From Spizellomyces punctatus DAOM BR117 (Eukaryota): a DNA stretch of 64,000 nt. The DNA lies in assembly GCA_000182565.2 (NCBI GenBank), contig KQ257461.1; one strand, 5' to 3'. Positions 12,488 to 23,306 of the stretch are shown here, piece by piece. Positions within the stretch are counted from its first letter, which is position 1, and each line of letters begins with the position of its first letter. A program made the position numbers and the translations under genes. The notes beneath the pieces are model-generated. The model worked only from the letters and a program-made list of their open reading frames with translations. It was not told the origin of the DNA and made no database searches.

Positions 12488-13944
12488 CCCAATTCGATCT
12501 TTGATGGGTTTCAGAGAGAAAATAAATAAAGCAACCACACAGGGATTGCATCCACAGGGAATCGAACTCTAGCAAAATGACTTGGAATGCACGAAGTGCC
12601 CTTAATGCATTCAATCCGGCCTCTGTCAGAAAAGAGAATCCTCAGCCAGGAGAATTCCAACCGGTCTTTAAGAACACTTGCACAAGTGTTCCAATTTTTT
12701 TGGTTGTCAATTCACAGCTAGCCTTTCGAAAGAGACGGCGGTAGGTGATGCTCTTGCCGTCGTCGTAGTCGTCCCGTCACTTGTTTCAAGAAACAGGGGA
12801 AGGGTCGACCAGTTTGCGTTCGTTGACGGCGCCGGTTGAGGGCGCCTTTGACTTGCAGTCCGTTGTTCAGTCTGCGCCTGCGTCCGTTTGGTCCTGTTAC
12901 GTCCGTTAACGTCCGTTCACTCTGCTCAGTCCGTTGACTGCGAGTGGAATTCCTTCTGCAAAACGAGCGGGGGAACGAGAGCTCAGTATATATATGTAAT
13001 AGTATGTCCGTGTCGTGACATCTCAAGATATATAAACAAATAAAAGTCAAACGGTAAAACTTGGTCCACCCACAACGCGTTTGAAACACGCCAACTCTAC
13101 AGTTTTTTTAAGACAGTTCTTAACTCACATGGACAACAGGCTTCAAGGCAAGATAAAATACGCGAGACCAGCCGAACTTGCAAATTAGGCGCTGATTTCT
13201 ACGTTTTGAATTGAGGGGGCAGGCGGGGCATCAGGCACGTTCGCCTTTCCTTTTTAACCGTCTACTACTACGATAATGCACAGATTCGGCACCCAATGGT
13301 AAATGGGGAACCCGAGTTGCTTTTCTCGGGTCAAAAAATGCTGACGCCGTGCTTGTCGTCAAAGAGTAGCTATAAGGATTGGGGATCCCACTTTTTAGTG
13401 GCGTTTGACTGCTTCGAGGCCTAACGATAGTAGACGGAAACGCATGGCCTCATGGGCCATGAGCATCATTACCCATCCTGGGCAGCGAGATGTGTAATGA
13501 TAGTGCTAGGTAAGTAGGCTCTGTCCTACGAGTTCCCCACTCGCGTCGTCTTTGTCCACAATCCATGCTTTCCTAAAATTAACACGAAATCGGCTCAAGA
13601 CAAGAAACAGAACAAGAGAAAATCTGGGGCGGGGAACCTGTTCAAAAGCCCAGATCGGAGAGGAGTTGGGGATGGCTTTTGTCAAGGGCACGCGCCAAAA
13701 CGCAAACGCAACAGGCCGAAAACTTCACACTTACGCTCGGCTCCCCAAAAGCCCCCGGTCGTGCTTTGCCACATGGCAGCCACCCGCGAGCCACTGTGGC
13801 TTACTAAGCATCCAATTCGTATCGAATATTTGATATCAGCAACATTGCAGTGCGTGCGTCCAACCAGGTTTGATGGTATGGCCTAGGAATTGTTGAATAA
13901 TTGCAACCACAATGGGCCGGTTGAAACCCGCTTCTATGCTCATC

Positions 13945-14033
13945 CGATCACATATTCGATAGTGCGGAGCCGATGGGTATTGGCACTAGCACCCGCACCA
14001 GGGATTGAACCGGCGACAACCAGTTCGGAAAAG
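13945..14033 (-). ncRNA. Fanzor omegaRNA: ~74-nt scaffold (14033-13960) plus flank-derived guide TCGAATATGTGATCG (13959-13945)
   Basis: Begins ~15 nt after the Fanzor stop and overlaps the right TIR. The sequence TTTTCCGAACTGGTTGTCGCCGGTTCAATCCCTGGTGCGGGTGCTAGTGCCAATACCCATCGGCTCCGCACTA closely resembles my recollection of the SpuFz1 scaffold. Exact RNA ends are inferred. Confidence 0.85.
13960..13989. repeat. Right terminal inverted repeat of the Fanzor element (includes terminal TA)
   Basis: TAGTGCGGAGCCGATGGGTATTGGCACTAG; inverted match to 41873-41902 with one mismatch. Confidence 0.93.
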
Positions 14034-14047
14034 GTAATCTAACTAAT

Positions 14048-14112
14048 CTACGCTACGGCTGGAACACCCCTGCTGAACACTTTTGGTCTACCGTGTCCAT
14101 CTAACATTGATT
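14048..14112 (-). pseudogene. Detached C-terminal codons of the Fanzor ORF
   Basis: Joined to 39921 across GATT, it reads ...WNRDMLSTCNMLMIMK-SMLDGHGRPKVFSRGVPAVA*, with the TAG at 14050-14048. Confidence 0.9.
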
Positions 14113-14717
14113 TGTAGCGAACGACTCTGATAAACCGGTTCGCTCTGTAGCGAACGACTCTGATAAACCGGTTCGCTTAAAGGCATCAGGTGACCATGAT
14201 TGAGGTTTCCGCAATTGCAACCTAAGCTTCGAAACCCCTGAGATCAAGCTCGGTTCTGGGCTACACCAGCGCAGCGCAAAGGATACGTTACACAGCCATG
14301 ATTGATCATGGCGATGGTCCGAGATGGGAAGATCGGACGCTGCCACCCTAATGAAGGCTATGGAAACTAGTGTAGATGTTACCATAGCATATTCTTGTAT
14401 AAAAAGAGGAATTCAATAAAATAAGTCAGCGGGCAGAAGCCGTAGCGACACAAAATCCCCATAACTCACTTCTCAACTCCAATCTTAGGTTAACAGGAAC
14501 CTAACAGAGCGCTTCAATGGCCTGATCACCCATACCGAAGCCTCTAAATCCTGCTCGGTTCACGACTAACCGACTCTCCTTGCCTCTCACCCTCAAGTCG
14601 CTACCGACGCCCAAAGAAAGGATTTGGAGACTACGATTCCTAGTACGGACACCCATACAACCTGCTAGGAGACCCAAGTTGTCTTTACCGTAGTCTACCA
14701 ACAAAAAATCCATTACA
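14113..14717 (+). repeat. LTR-A (5' of A1), first 33 bp tandemly duplicated
   Basis: TGTAGCGAACGAC...CCATTACA, with TATAAAA and AATAAA inside. Homologous to 22735-23306, 31410-31981 and 39348-39920. Confidence 0.92.
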
Positions 14718-14728
14718 TGGTGGAGAAG
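14718..14728 (+). promoter_or_regulatory. Primer-binding site, tRNA-Ala-like (TGGTGGAGA)
   Basis: Immediately follows the LTR terminal CA. Complementary to the ...TCTCCACCA 3' end typical of tRNA-Ala. The same site occurs in copy A2 at 31401-31409 (-). Confidence 0.7.
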
Positions 14729-14871
14729 TGCGACGAACTGCCTTCCCCTCTCAAATTCAGCTGAAAACCTTATTCGGTCGTACCGAAACTCTTGCACAAA
14801 CCGAGATCCGCTCAGGTAGCTACTCGGAAACCTTTTCTCTCGTTTCGGAAACAGACTTCACGAAACCGAGA

Positions 14872-17800
14872 ATGATGCCGGTCGAACGCTCTCCAACGCG
14901 AGGCTGCTCACCTGTGATCCAGACTCGTAGTCAGGGTCCTGCGGAGGACGTTGAAGTCCCTCCCGCAACATGCCCAAGGCGTTCAGGGACCACTTCCGTC
15001 GAACCGGAAGCCCCTAACTTGGCCACGATGGCCTCTGAAGTGGCAGCATTAAAAGAAGACATTGCCCGCTCGACTGCTGCAATGCAGTTGGCAACTCAAA
15101 ATCTTACGGAACAGCTTCATAGGCTTTCCGAACGTCAGACAGCGGCGGATGAGCGCCTCGCACGAGCCTTAGAAGCCCTAGTGCATCGCCCGCTGCCTGA
15201 ACAACCTCTCATAGCACGAGCTACAAGAGAACGGTCCGCAACCCCGTGGGAAACGTCGGACACACCAAGGGAGCATACCGAACCAAGTTTTTCAGGTCCG
15301 GTGCCTCCAATCCAAGTGCCAGCGGCCCCGTGGGCCAGCGACACCAAGGTCGATTCCTTGAAAGCAAAGGACGTACCCGAGTTTACGGGCAAAAGAAACC
15401 AAGACATTGAAGAATGGCTCAACAAAGTCCAACTTCTTCAAAATGTTAGCGCAATGTCGGATGCCAGGATGGTACAGCTCCTACCAGCCATGATAGCCGA
15501 GAAAACCCCTGCCGACGCTTGGTTTTACACTCTGGAAGCCCAGGAAACTCGCTCGTGGACCTGGAAAAGGTGGAAAGAAGAACTGCTTCGAGAGTTCCGA
15601 GATCCCCTAACCGAGTCCAAGCGCAAAACCGAATATGTGTGCTGCCATGCAAACCCCAAAGAATTTCGCAGCTTTCTCGCGTTCATTGACCACAAAACTC
15701 ATCTCCGGCGCCTCGCATACGGCGACCGGGCAAACATAGAATGTCCTGCTGACCAGCATTTTGACCTAATAGTTGAACAATTGCCCAGCGACATCCAAAT
15801 CATGGTCAAATCCTGTAATGTCATGAACCTGACCAAATTAAAAGACTTCCTGCGCCTTTATTTCAGCTCTGATGACACCAGAAAATGAGACCCTTGCTAC
15901 AGCGGTGCTGCAGAAGCTCAGAAGAAGTCACAAAAGACCGGAACTGACAAAGGCCCTAAGCAGACGGCTCAACATAAAACTGGAAACCCCGAAAAGGGTT
16001 GCGACGGCCCTCAGAAGATGGTTCTGGACCCCAACACAGAACCACCGGCACCCTGCAAATTCTGTCAGAAAAAGCATTGGAATGTTTTCTGCTGGCAGAA
16101 CCCGAACCGAAAAGATCCTGAAGATGGAAAGAAGGGACCATACGGAGCACCCATGCCCGCAGGTTGGAAACCCAAACAGGAGTCCAAGAAGTCGTACATA
16201 GTGGAGCTGGACTCGACGTCCGCTACCACCGAGACTCTTTTTTCGGCTTCGGAACTGGAAAGGACAGCCGCCGCTAATCAAGGATTCCACACCATCGGAT
16301 TCTTTCATTCACCCGAGCACTCGGAATCAACAATTTTGATGACCGCACCTCTTTCCGAGGTCACGGTGACCAAGGAAGAGGACCCCCACATGCCCACGCA
16401 GGGCTGGGACCAAGTCTGGGACAACATAGCCATCATCTGGGGCACCCCGCAAGTGGCTCTGATGATGGGCAACAACCCCCGCGCGCTCAGCTTCTTCGCC
16501 AAAGAACCGAAGCGAGGCGCCGGGCACCTCGGGAACAACCCCTACGCAGTTGTGTGGAGTTCCCACCACCTCTACATCGCTGCCGCAGCCAAAGCTGACA
16601 AGGATCGAATCCTGCGAAAAGTCCGAGAAGACAGTACCCCTTGTTTGATCCTCCTTGCCTGGATAAGGCTCGACGAGCATGAGAAATTCTTGATGTGGAG
16701 CTCCGAAGATCCTGTTATCTTTGATTCTTACGCCAACCTGCAACTGGTGGCATTTCTCCTGACAGGCAATATCATTCGCTCAGACTATTATTATCATCAC
16801 AGAAACCCCAAATTTCTGCACGTTAAAGACCATCCACGTCTCCAAAGACATGAAGAGAGCGAACGGACGTGTATAGTCATGCTGGCTATCGAACAAGTTG
16901 CTCGCCAGAATAAAACAACAAAACCACAAAATGACAAATCTAGAGAGCACTTTGAGAGTGCGATCAAGGCTACGGAAGCAACAAGTAACGACATCGCGCC
17001 CCATTTCGAGGTCATGGTGCCTTCCATCAATGCCTTCTACTCGGTAGATTTAGGCGATGTACTCAAAAGCCAGACCAAGACCCAAACGCAGCCTTGCTGG
17101 ACGCTAGCCGTCATCGCTCAGCTCTGGGCACCTGTGGTACTAGACACAGGAGCCTGCGAGTCTCTGGTTTCCGACACGTACCAGGGCCTTCTGTTCTCCG
17201 AAACTGATTTGCAGGATGCGGAAACGATGGCTTTCAAAGGCATTGGTGGACGTATCTCATCTACCAAGACAGTATGCCTCAAAACTTCCCTCAGAGGCCG
17301 CGGAGGAGAATACCTGACTTTCCGCGCCTATTTCCGAGTCATTGCATACGGGAAACCTCTCATCATCCTAGCCAATGACGTTCTGGGACATCTGAAACTC
17401 CAAACCTTGGTTCAGGAACCCCCATTACCCAGTTTCGTGGTGATGCTCAAGAATCCGGACATCCTTATCCCTTGCTCCATAACAGATGAGCTGGACACCG
17501 ATCACATGCGCAGCATGCCATACAAGACCAAGCAGGGTGAATTCATGAAGGATGCATCAATGCCACGGCTGACCAAAGCCAAAGCTCAGAAGTCTAGATT
17601 AACCATGTTAATCATGGGACAGACGCGCGTGGCAGCCCAAACTTTTCTCATCAAAAACCCTCTTGACGCCACCGCTGCTAGCTCAACGGTCCTGTTAGGC
17701 CTCAAACTGTCCACCGCGACCCATAATTCGGTTGCGGACCCCGAAGAGAACATTTCCAAAGAAGAATGGCAGACACTTCGGAACAAATGGAACCTCGACT

Positions 17801-20800
17801 CTACGGAGAGGGCTCCAGGGGCCTTCGAAGCCCAATTAAAAGACGCGGAACGTTTCCACGTCGATCTCAAGCGACCCAAACCCATGGTCTGGGCCCTAAT
17901 CAACATTCTACGACACTTCCATCAAGCCTTCAGCTATGAGGGTCATCTCATAGGGAACTACACCAAGATTCCTTATGCGCCTCGATTTATCTCGGCTCTG
18001 CCACCCCTTTCGAGGCCACGGTCATACTCTCCGTTGGAGCGGACAGCCCTCGAGACGGAGCGAGACACCATGATGGGGCTTCAGAGGTGGAACGAACCAC
18101 CGAAGTAACCTTCGCCAGCGATCCTGTTATCATTCGCTATGCAGACAAACCCCCGCGCATAGCCTTCGACTATCGCCGAGCCAACGACTGCATGGCCTGG
18201 GATCCATATCCCTTTCCCATCATGCTCGACATCCTGAACTGGATCGTCGCAGTCCCATTGCGATACATATCGGGAGGTGACGCAAACAAAGGATTCTACC
18301 AAATTGCCATCACCAATGCGTCGGTATGCAAATGGCTCGCGCTCAGACTCCATGACGGCATCTACGAACCACTCTTTATGCCCTTCGGACCCAAGACTGC
18401 CCCCTCGCACTTCTGTCAGGTGATGGACGACACCTTGGGTCCCTCCAAATGGCAAAATATCAACAACTTCGTCGACGATATCCACACACGAGCGGAGACA
18501 GCCGCGGAAGCCCTAGACGCCATTGCAGACTGGCTCGACCGCTTTTCCAGAGCCAAACTCACCCTAAGACTCGACAAGTGTCAATGGCTCTTTCACCAGC
18601 TCACGGCCCTCGGTTTCGTTGCCTCCTCTCAGGGTCTCGCTACTGATCCAGACAAGGTCGCAACCATAGTCGATTGGCCACGACCCAAATTCATAGGTGA
18701 CCTATGGTCATTCGTGGGTCTCCTAGGGTTCTATGCCCAATTCATTTCTCGCTACGCGGAACTCGTCCGACCCCTGCAAGACGCTATCCAAGAGGGCGTT
18801 CGCGAATACCGAGACCTTAAAAAGGGTCGCACTGACCCGAAGAAAGGCACTGAAAAGCTCAATTCACCATCCATGCTCGACACGGCGGTGGCCCCTACAA
18901 TCACAGCCACCGGAGCCTGATTTGAGGTTTCGCAACATCCGAAATCTAGCTCCTCAGACCTACCGGTGGTCAATCTACGCCAATCATCGCTGGCGGACTT
19001 ACCCATTGACCCCTTTTGTGTCGGACGCCTTGCTTGCAAGCGCCCCGACCAAGGTCTGCACAGATTTATCGCGAAGCGTGAAGTTTCATGGACCGATTCC
19101 CAAAACTCTGCCTTCGCAGCCGCCAAGCAGGCTCTGACAACAGCTCCAGTGCTCGCGGCACCCAGAAAAGGGTTCCCCTACACCCTTCACAGTGACGCTT
19201 CCTACACAGCGTTTAATGTCACGCTCGAACAGTTACAGCCAGATGCTTCTAAACGCCCGCTGTGCTACCATTCCTGAGGCACCACCACCTCGGAAAAGAA
19301 GGCCCCCCCTGTCAAACTCAAGGCCGGATGCCTCATTTGGGGCCTCGGAAAACTCCGCCCATACCTTGAAGGCCTGCCTTTCACGGTCATTACTGATCAC
19401 CGAGCTCTTTTGTGGCTCGCTAAATACAAAGGCGAGAACCGTAAGCTTCTCCGCTGGGCCCTCGATCTTAGTTACTGGTCTGAATGGATGACAATCATTC
19501 ACAAACCAGGACGTTTTCACATTGTTGCTGATACACTTTCATGGCTACTAGGAGCGGAAACCCTACTCTGCTCCACCGCGACCCAAATATGGGTGTCGAA
19601 ACGCGGAAGACGATGGCTGCGCACCACACCAGCTGCTCTCGCACCTTCCTCGACACTGGCAGATGCCGTCTTTCGTCTGGCCTTACAGCCTGCACTCATT
19701 GCCGCCATCCGCGCTGGCCTCACCGGCCAGCTCCACCCCATAGCCCAACAGGCCCGCACGCTCCTATGGGAGACCAGCCCCAACACCTACACTACAGCCG
19801 ATGCGCACTTTCTTCAGGACTGGCAATGTGCAGATAACCTGCTGTGGCACCGTTTTTCAGTCTCCGAAGACCTTTGGTGCCTCTACGTGCCCCCTGCTTG
19901 CACCCCCAAGGTGCGCAAGCTTTTTCACGAGGGGGGAGGACACTTCGGATTCGAAAGAACCTACGCCAGAGCCACAGCACAAGTCTGGTGGCCAAAGATG
20001 GCACAAGATTTCAGAAAACATTGCGCAGGATGTGAAACCTGCCAACGCTCAAAAAGGGTACCGCAACTGATTCCGGGGTTGTTGAAACCCATACCACCAG
20101 CTCCGGGACGCTGGACAGTCATCACGACTGACTTCGTAACCAAGCTCCCACTTACTTCCAGAGGGTACGATGCCTTTTGGCTAATAGCTTGTAAATGCTC
20201 AAAGAGGATCCACATATGGCCCCTCAAGAGCACCGCGACAGCTACTCAGGTCGCAGAACTATTTATAGAATGCTACATCCCATTGCACGGCATTCTGGAG
20301 ACTATTATCTCAGACCATGACTCCATCATTGAAAGGCTGTCAGAAACCAGAAATGCAGATGTGGAAGAGCTCTGTAAACATCTCGGAGACCTAAACATCC
20401 TTATCCGAGATCTGATGATTGAGGCCCAGGATTCACAGAAAAGATATGTGACAGAATTCTTCTGTCAGTGCTATGGTTATACTGGTTAGATGTGGTTCCA
20501 AACTAGTGGTCACATGACTTTGCTGATGGTGTCAACATTCATTTGACCAGAATTAGATAAATAAGCAGATTTAGCCATTTCTGGCTAAATTAGATGAGTA
20601 TCCTGACACACTAGCATCTGCCCCTTTCAATCAAGTGGCACAGTGTATTTAGGATGACTTGTCTCACTTGTGATTGGCTATAAATGGTGCAATAGGCTGA
20701 CAAATAGTTTAGGATGACATGTACAAGATCTGATTGGTTGCAAATGGTGCAATAGGCTGACAAATAGTTTAGGATGACATGTACAAGATCTGATTGGTTG

Positions 20801-22677
20801 CAAATGGTGCAATAGGCTGACAAATAGTTTAGGATGACATGTATGAGTTCTGATTGGTTGCAAATGGTGCAATAGGCTGACAAATAGTTTAGGATGATGT
20901 GGGTGAGATCTGATTGGGTAGTTAGGATATAGCATTTGTCAGCCCCTTTGTCTATAAAAAGAGGACCTCTCTGAGGCCCCTCAAAGGAAAATAACAAGTA
21001 GTAACCAAGTCTTCCCTAGTTTTCTGTTGTCTTCTTGTCCCTGCTAGCCTGTTACAAGATACTATGATTTATCACAACAACATTTGGAGTTCCGGAGAGG
21101 AGATAAGGTGCTTCTGAGCATGAAAAACCCAGCAGGGTATGAGTCCAAGATCACTCCAAAATGGCTGGGACCAGTCACAGTGACTGACTGTAACCTTCTC
21201 TGTGACAACTACGAGTGAAAACTGCCAGATAAGATGAGATGACTTCATCCATGGTTTCACATATTGAAATTATGTCCATACCAGAAGCCTGTCGATGCCG
21301 AAACTGAGGAAAGGATCGCGGAAGCACAAATGGAGGATTCCGACACTTCAAAAGGCGAGTTCGAAGTGGAAGCGATAGTAGACCATCGAACCAGGCGCAG
21401 AAAGCGTCAATTTCGAATACGTTGGGCCGGATACCCACCCCATGAGGATACCTGGGAACCAGAGGAAGCCCTAACAGAGGCTTCCGAAGCCTTAGAAGAG
21501 TACTGGAGATCCAGAGCTCCCACTAGCGCACTAGTAGAGGACTCCTTGGTAGTCAGCTTTGCAGGCGATGCCCTGGCTTACACTTCCGACCACCAATGCT
21601 TCACAATTTATCCGGACAATAGCTCACGTGATAATCACGCCCTCTCACCAGAANNNNNNNNNNNNNNNNNNNNNNNNNNNNNNNNNNNNNNNNNNNNNNN
21701 NNNNNNNNNNNNNNNNNNNNNNNNNNNNNNNNNNNNNNNNNNNNNNNNNNNNNNNNNNNNNNNNNNNNNNNNNNNNNNNNNNNNNNNNNNNNNNNNNNNN
21801 NNNNNNNNNNNNNNNNNNNNNNNNNNNNNNNNNNNNNNNNNNNNNNNNNNNNNNNNNNNNNNNNNNNNNNNNNNNNNNNNNNNNNNNNNNNNNNNNNNNN
21901 NNNNNNNNNNNNNNNNNNNNNNNNNNNNNNNNNNNNNTACCCTTGAGGAAGGCTATCCCTGGTCAGAAGTAAGCGACGCTTCGCTGCCGAGACTCTATCG
22001 AGCGGCTCGGAGCAGCTATGGCCACCTGGGTCGAAGTTTGGATTCGTGAGCTGTTCGAAGACCCAAACAAACCCCTCGAACACTATCATGGTGAAGATTG
22101 GGTGGTTGACGGGGCTTCGAAGCTGTACGCCACGAGCCAGCCCCTCACGATGCATATTGCGGAGCCCTACAGTAGGGCTTCCGACGGCGGTCAAGCAGCT
22201 GTCGGTATCGTCGCTGATGCAAAAAAGATCGGGAAGAGATTACGGGACGTACCCTGCGCCGCCTGGCTTGATGCTGGGGTCCCTCAACATGCGGCCGGAA
22301 ACCCCAAAACGGCCCGCTTCACCCTCTGGCCTGATCGCGAGGCCCACGATTTTGCGGACATAGCCATCGAAGCCGCGAGAGCAGTGTTGTTAAAGCTAGC
22401 CAACGCAGCTGAAACCACAGAAGAGCAGCTCCGTCCCAAACATCGGGAGCACGCCTATTACCACTTTCGAGCGGTTAACTTGAAAAGGGCCGCAGAGACG
22501 TTCACAGCCCTCTACGTAACCCGAGCCAACGGTTCCAGGACACCTGGAACCCTGGCTCCGGAAGCCACTGACCAAATTTGGTTCTGCGCAAACATCATGG
22601 GGCGCACTACCATAATCTGGATGATCAACGAAGACAGCCTTGAAGCTGACGATGACTATCCAGTTGCGTCATGGTAG
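14872..22677 (+). pseudogene. Family A gag-pol (Gag, CCHC knuckle, Dam-like insert, aspartic protease, RT, RNase H, partial integrase, chromodomain, C-terminal extra domain), disrupted
   Basis: Motifs CKFCQKKHWNVFC, VLDTGA, FDYRRAN, PFGPKTAP, FVDD, LHSDAS, H..GGHFG..C..C, TDFV and EVEAIVDHR...RWAGY...DTWEP. Stops at 15886, 18918 and 19275, a 1-bp frameshift near 18092, and an LTR-B insertion. Confidence 0.88.
20447..21056 (+). mobile_element. Solo LTR of family B (610 bp) in the A1 integrase region
   Basis: TGTGACAG...GTTACA flanked by a 5-bp AGATA duplication; internal 60-bp tandem repeats. Confidence 0.92.
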
Positions 22678-22734
22678 AAGCGAGGTTCGGGCACTCACAG
22701 ATGAGTCGCCGAACCTTCTTTTTCGAAGGGGGGA

Positions 22735-23306
22735 TGTAGTGAACGACTCTGATAAACCGGTTCGCTCAAAGGCATCAGGTGACCACGATTGAGGTTTCCG
22801 CAATTGTAACCTAAGCTTCGAAACCCCTAAGATCAAGCTCGGTTCTGGGCTACACCAGCGCAGCATGAAGGATACGTTACGCAGCCATGATCAATCATGG
22901 CGATGGTCCGAGATGGGAAGATCGGATGCCGCCACCCTAATGAAGGCTACGGAAACTAGTGTAGACGTTACCGTAGCATATTCTTGTATAAAAAGAGGAA
23001 TTCAATAAAATAAGTCGGCGGCCAGAAGCCGTAGCGACATTAAATCCCCACAACTAGCTTCTCAACTCCAATCTTAGGTTAACAGGAACCTAACAGAGCG
23101 CTTCAATGGCCTGATCACCCGCACTGAAGCCTCTAAATCCTGCTCGGTTCATGACTAACCGACTCTCCTTGCCTCTCACCCTCAAGTCGCTACCGACGCC
23201 CAAAGAAAGGATTTGGAGACTATGATTCCTAGTACGGACACCCACACAACCTGCTAGGAGACCCAAGTTGTCTTTACCGTAGTCTACCAACAAAAAATCT
23301 GTTACA
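22735..23306 (+). repeat. LTR-A (3' of A1), preceded by PPT GAAGGGGGGA
   Basis: Homologous to 14146-14717; followed by CTGG. Confidence 0.92.

Larger units (their letters stand above)
14113..23306 (+). mobile_element. Ty3/gypsy chromovirus family A, copy A1 (defective; carries a solo LTR of family B; contains an N gap)
   Basis: LTRs at 14113/14146-14717 and 22735-23306 (TG...CA), PBS, PPT. Domain order is gag, Zn knuckle, PR, RT, RH, IN, chromodomain. Confidence 0.92.

Noticed and set aside
13989-14062. Functional tRNA-Arg(CCG) gene
   Set aside because: The acceptor, anticodon and T stems pair poorly, and the sequence overlaps the Fanzor stop and TIR. Kept only as a tRNA-like promoter hypothesis.
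15886-15888. Programmed stop-codon readthrough between family A gag and pol
   Set aside because: The TGA lies before the Gag zinc knuckle and lacks a typical readthrough context. CGA to TGA decay is pervasive here. A family consensus would settle it.
20640-20930. CRISPR-like array
   Set aside because: The 60-bp units are contiguous tandem repeats without unique spacers, inside an LTR of a eukaryote.
20611-20997. 128-aa ORF recurring at 25135, 37221 and (shorter) 54412
   Set aside because: It is an antisense reading of the LTR-B 60-bp array and recurs only because the LTR does.
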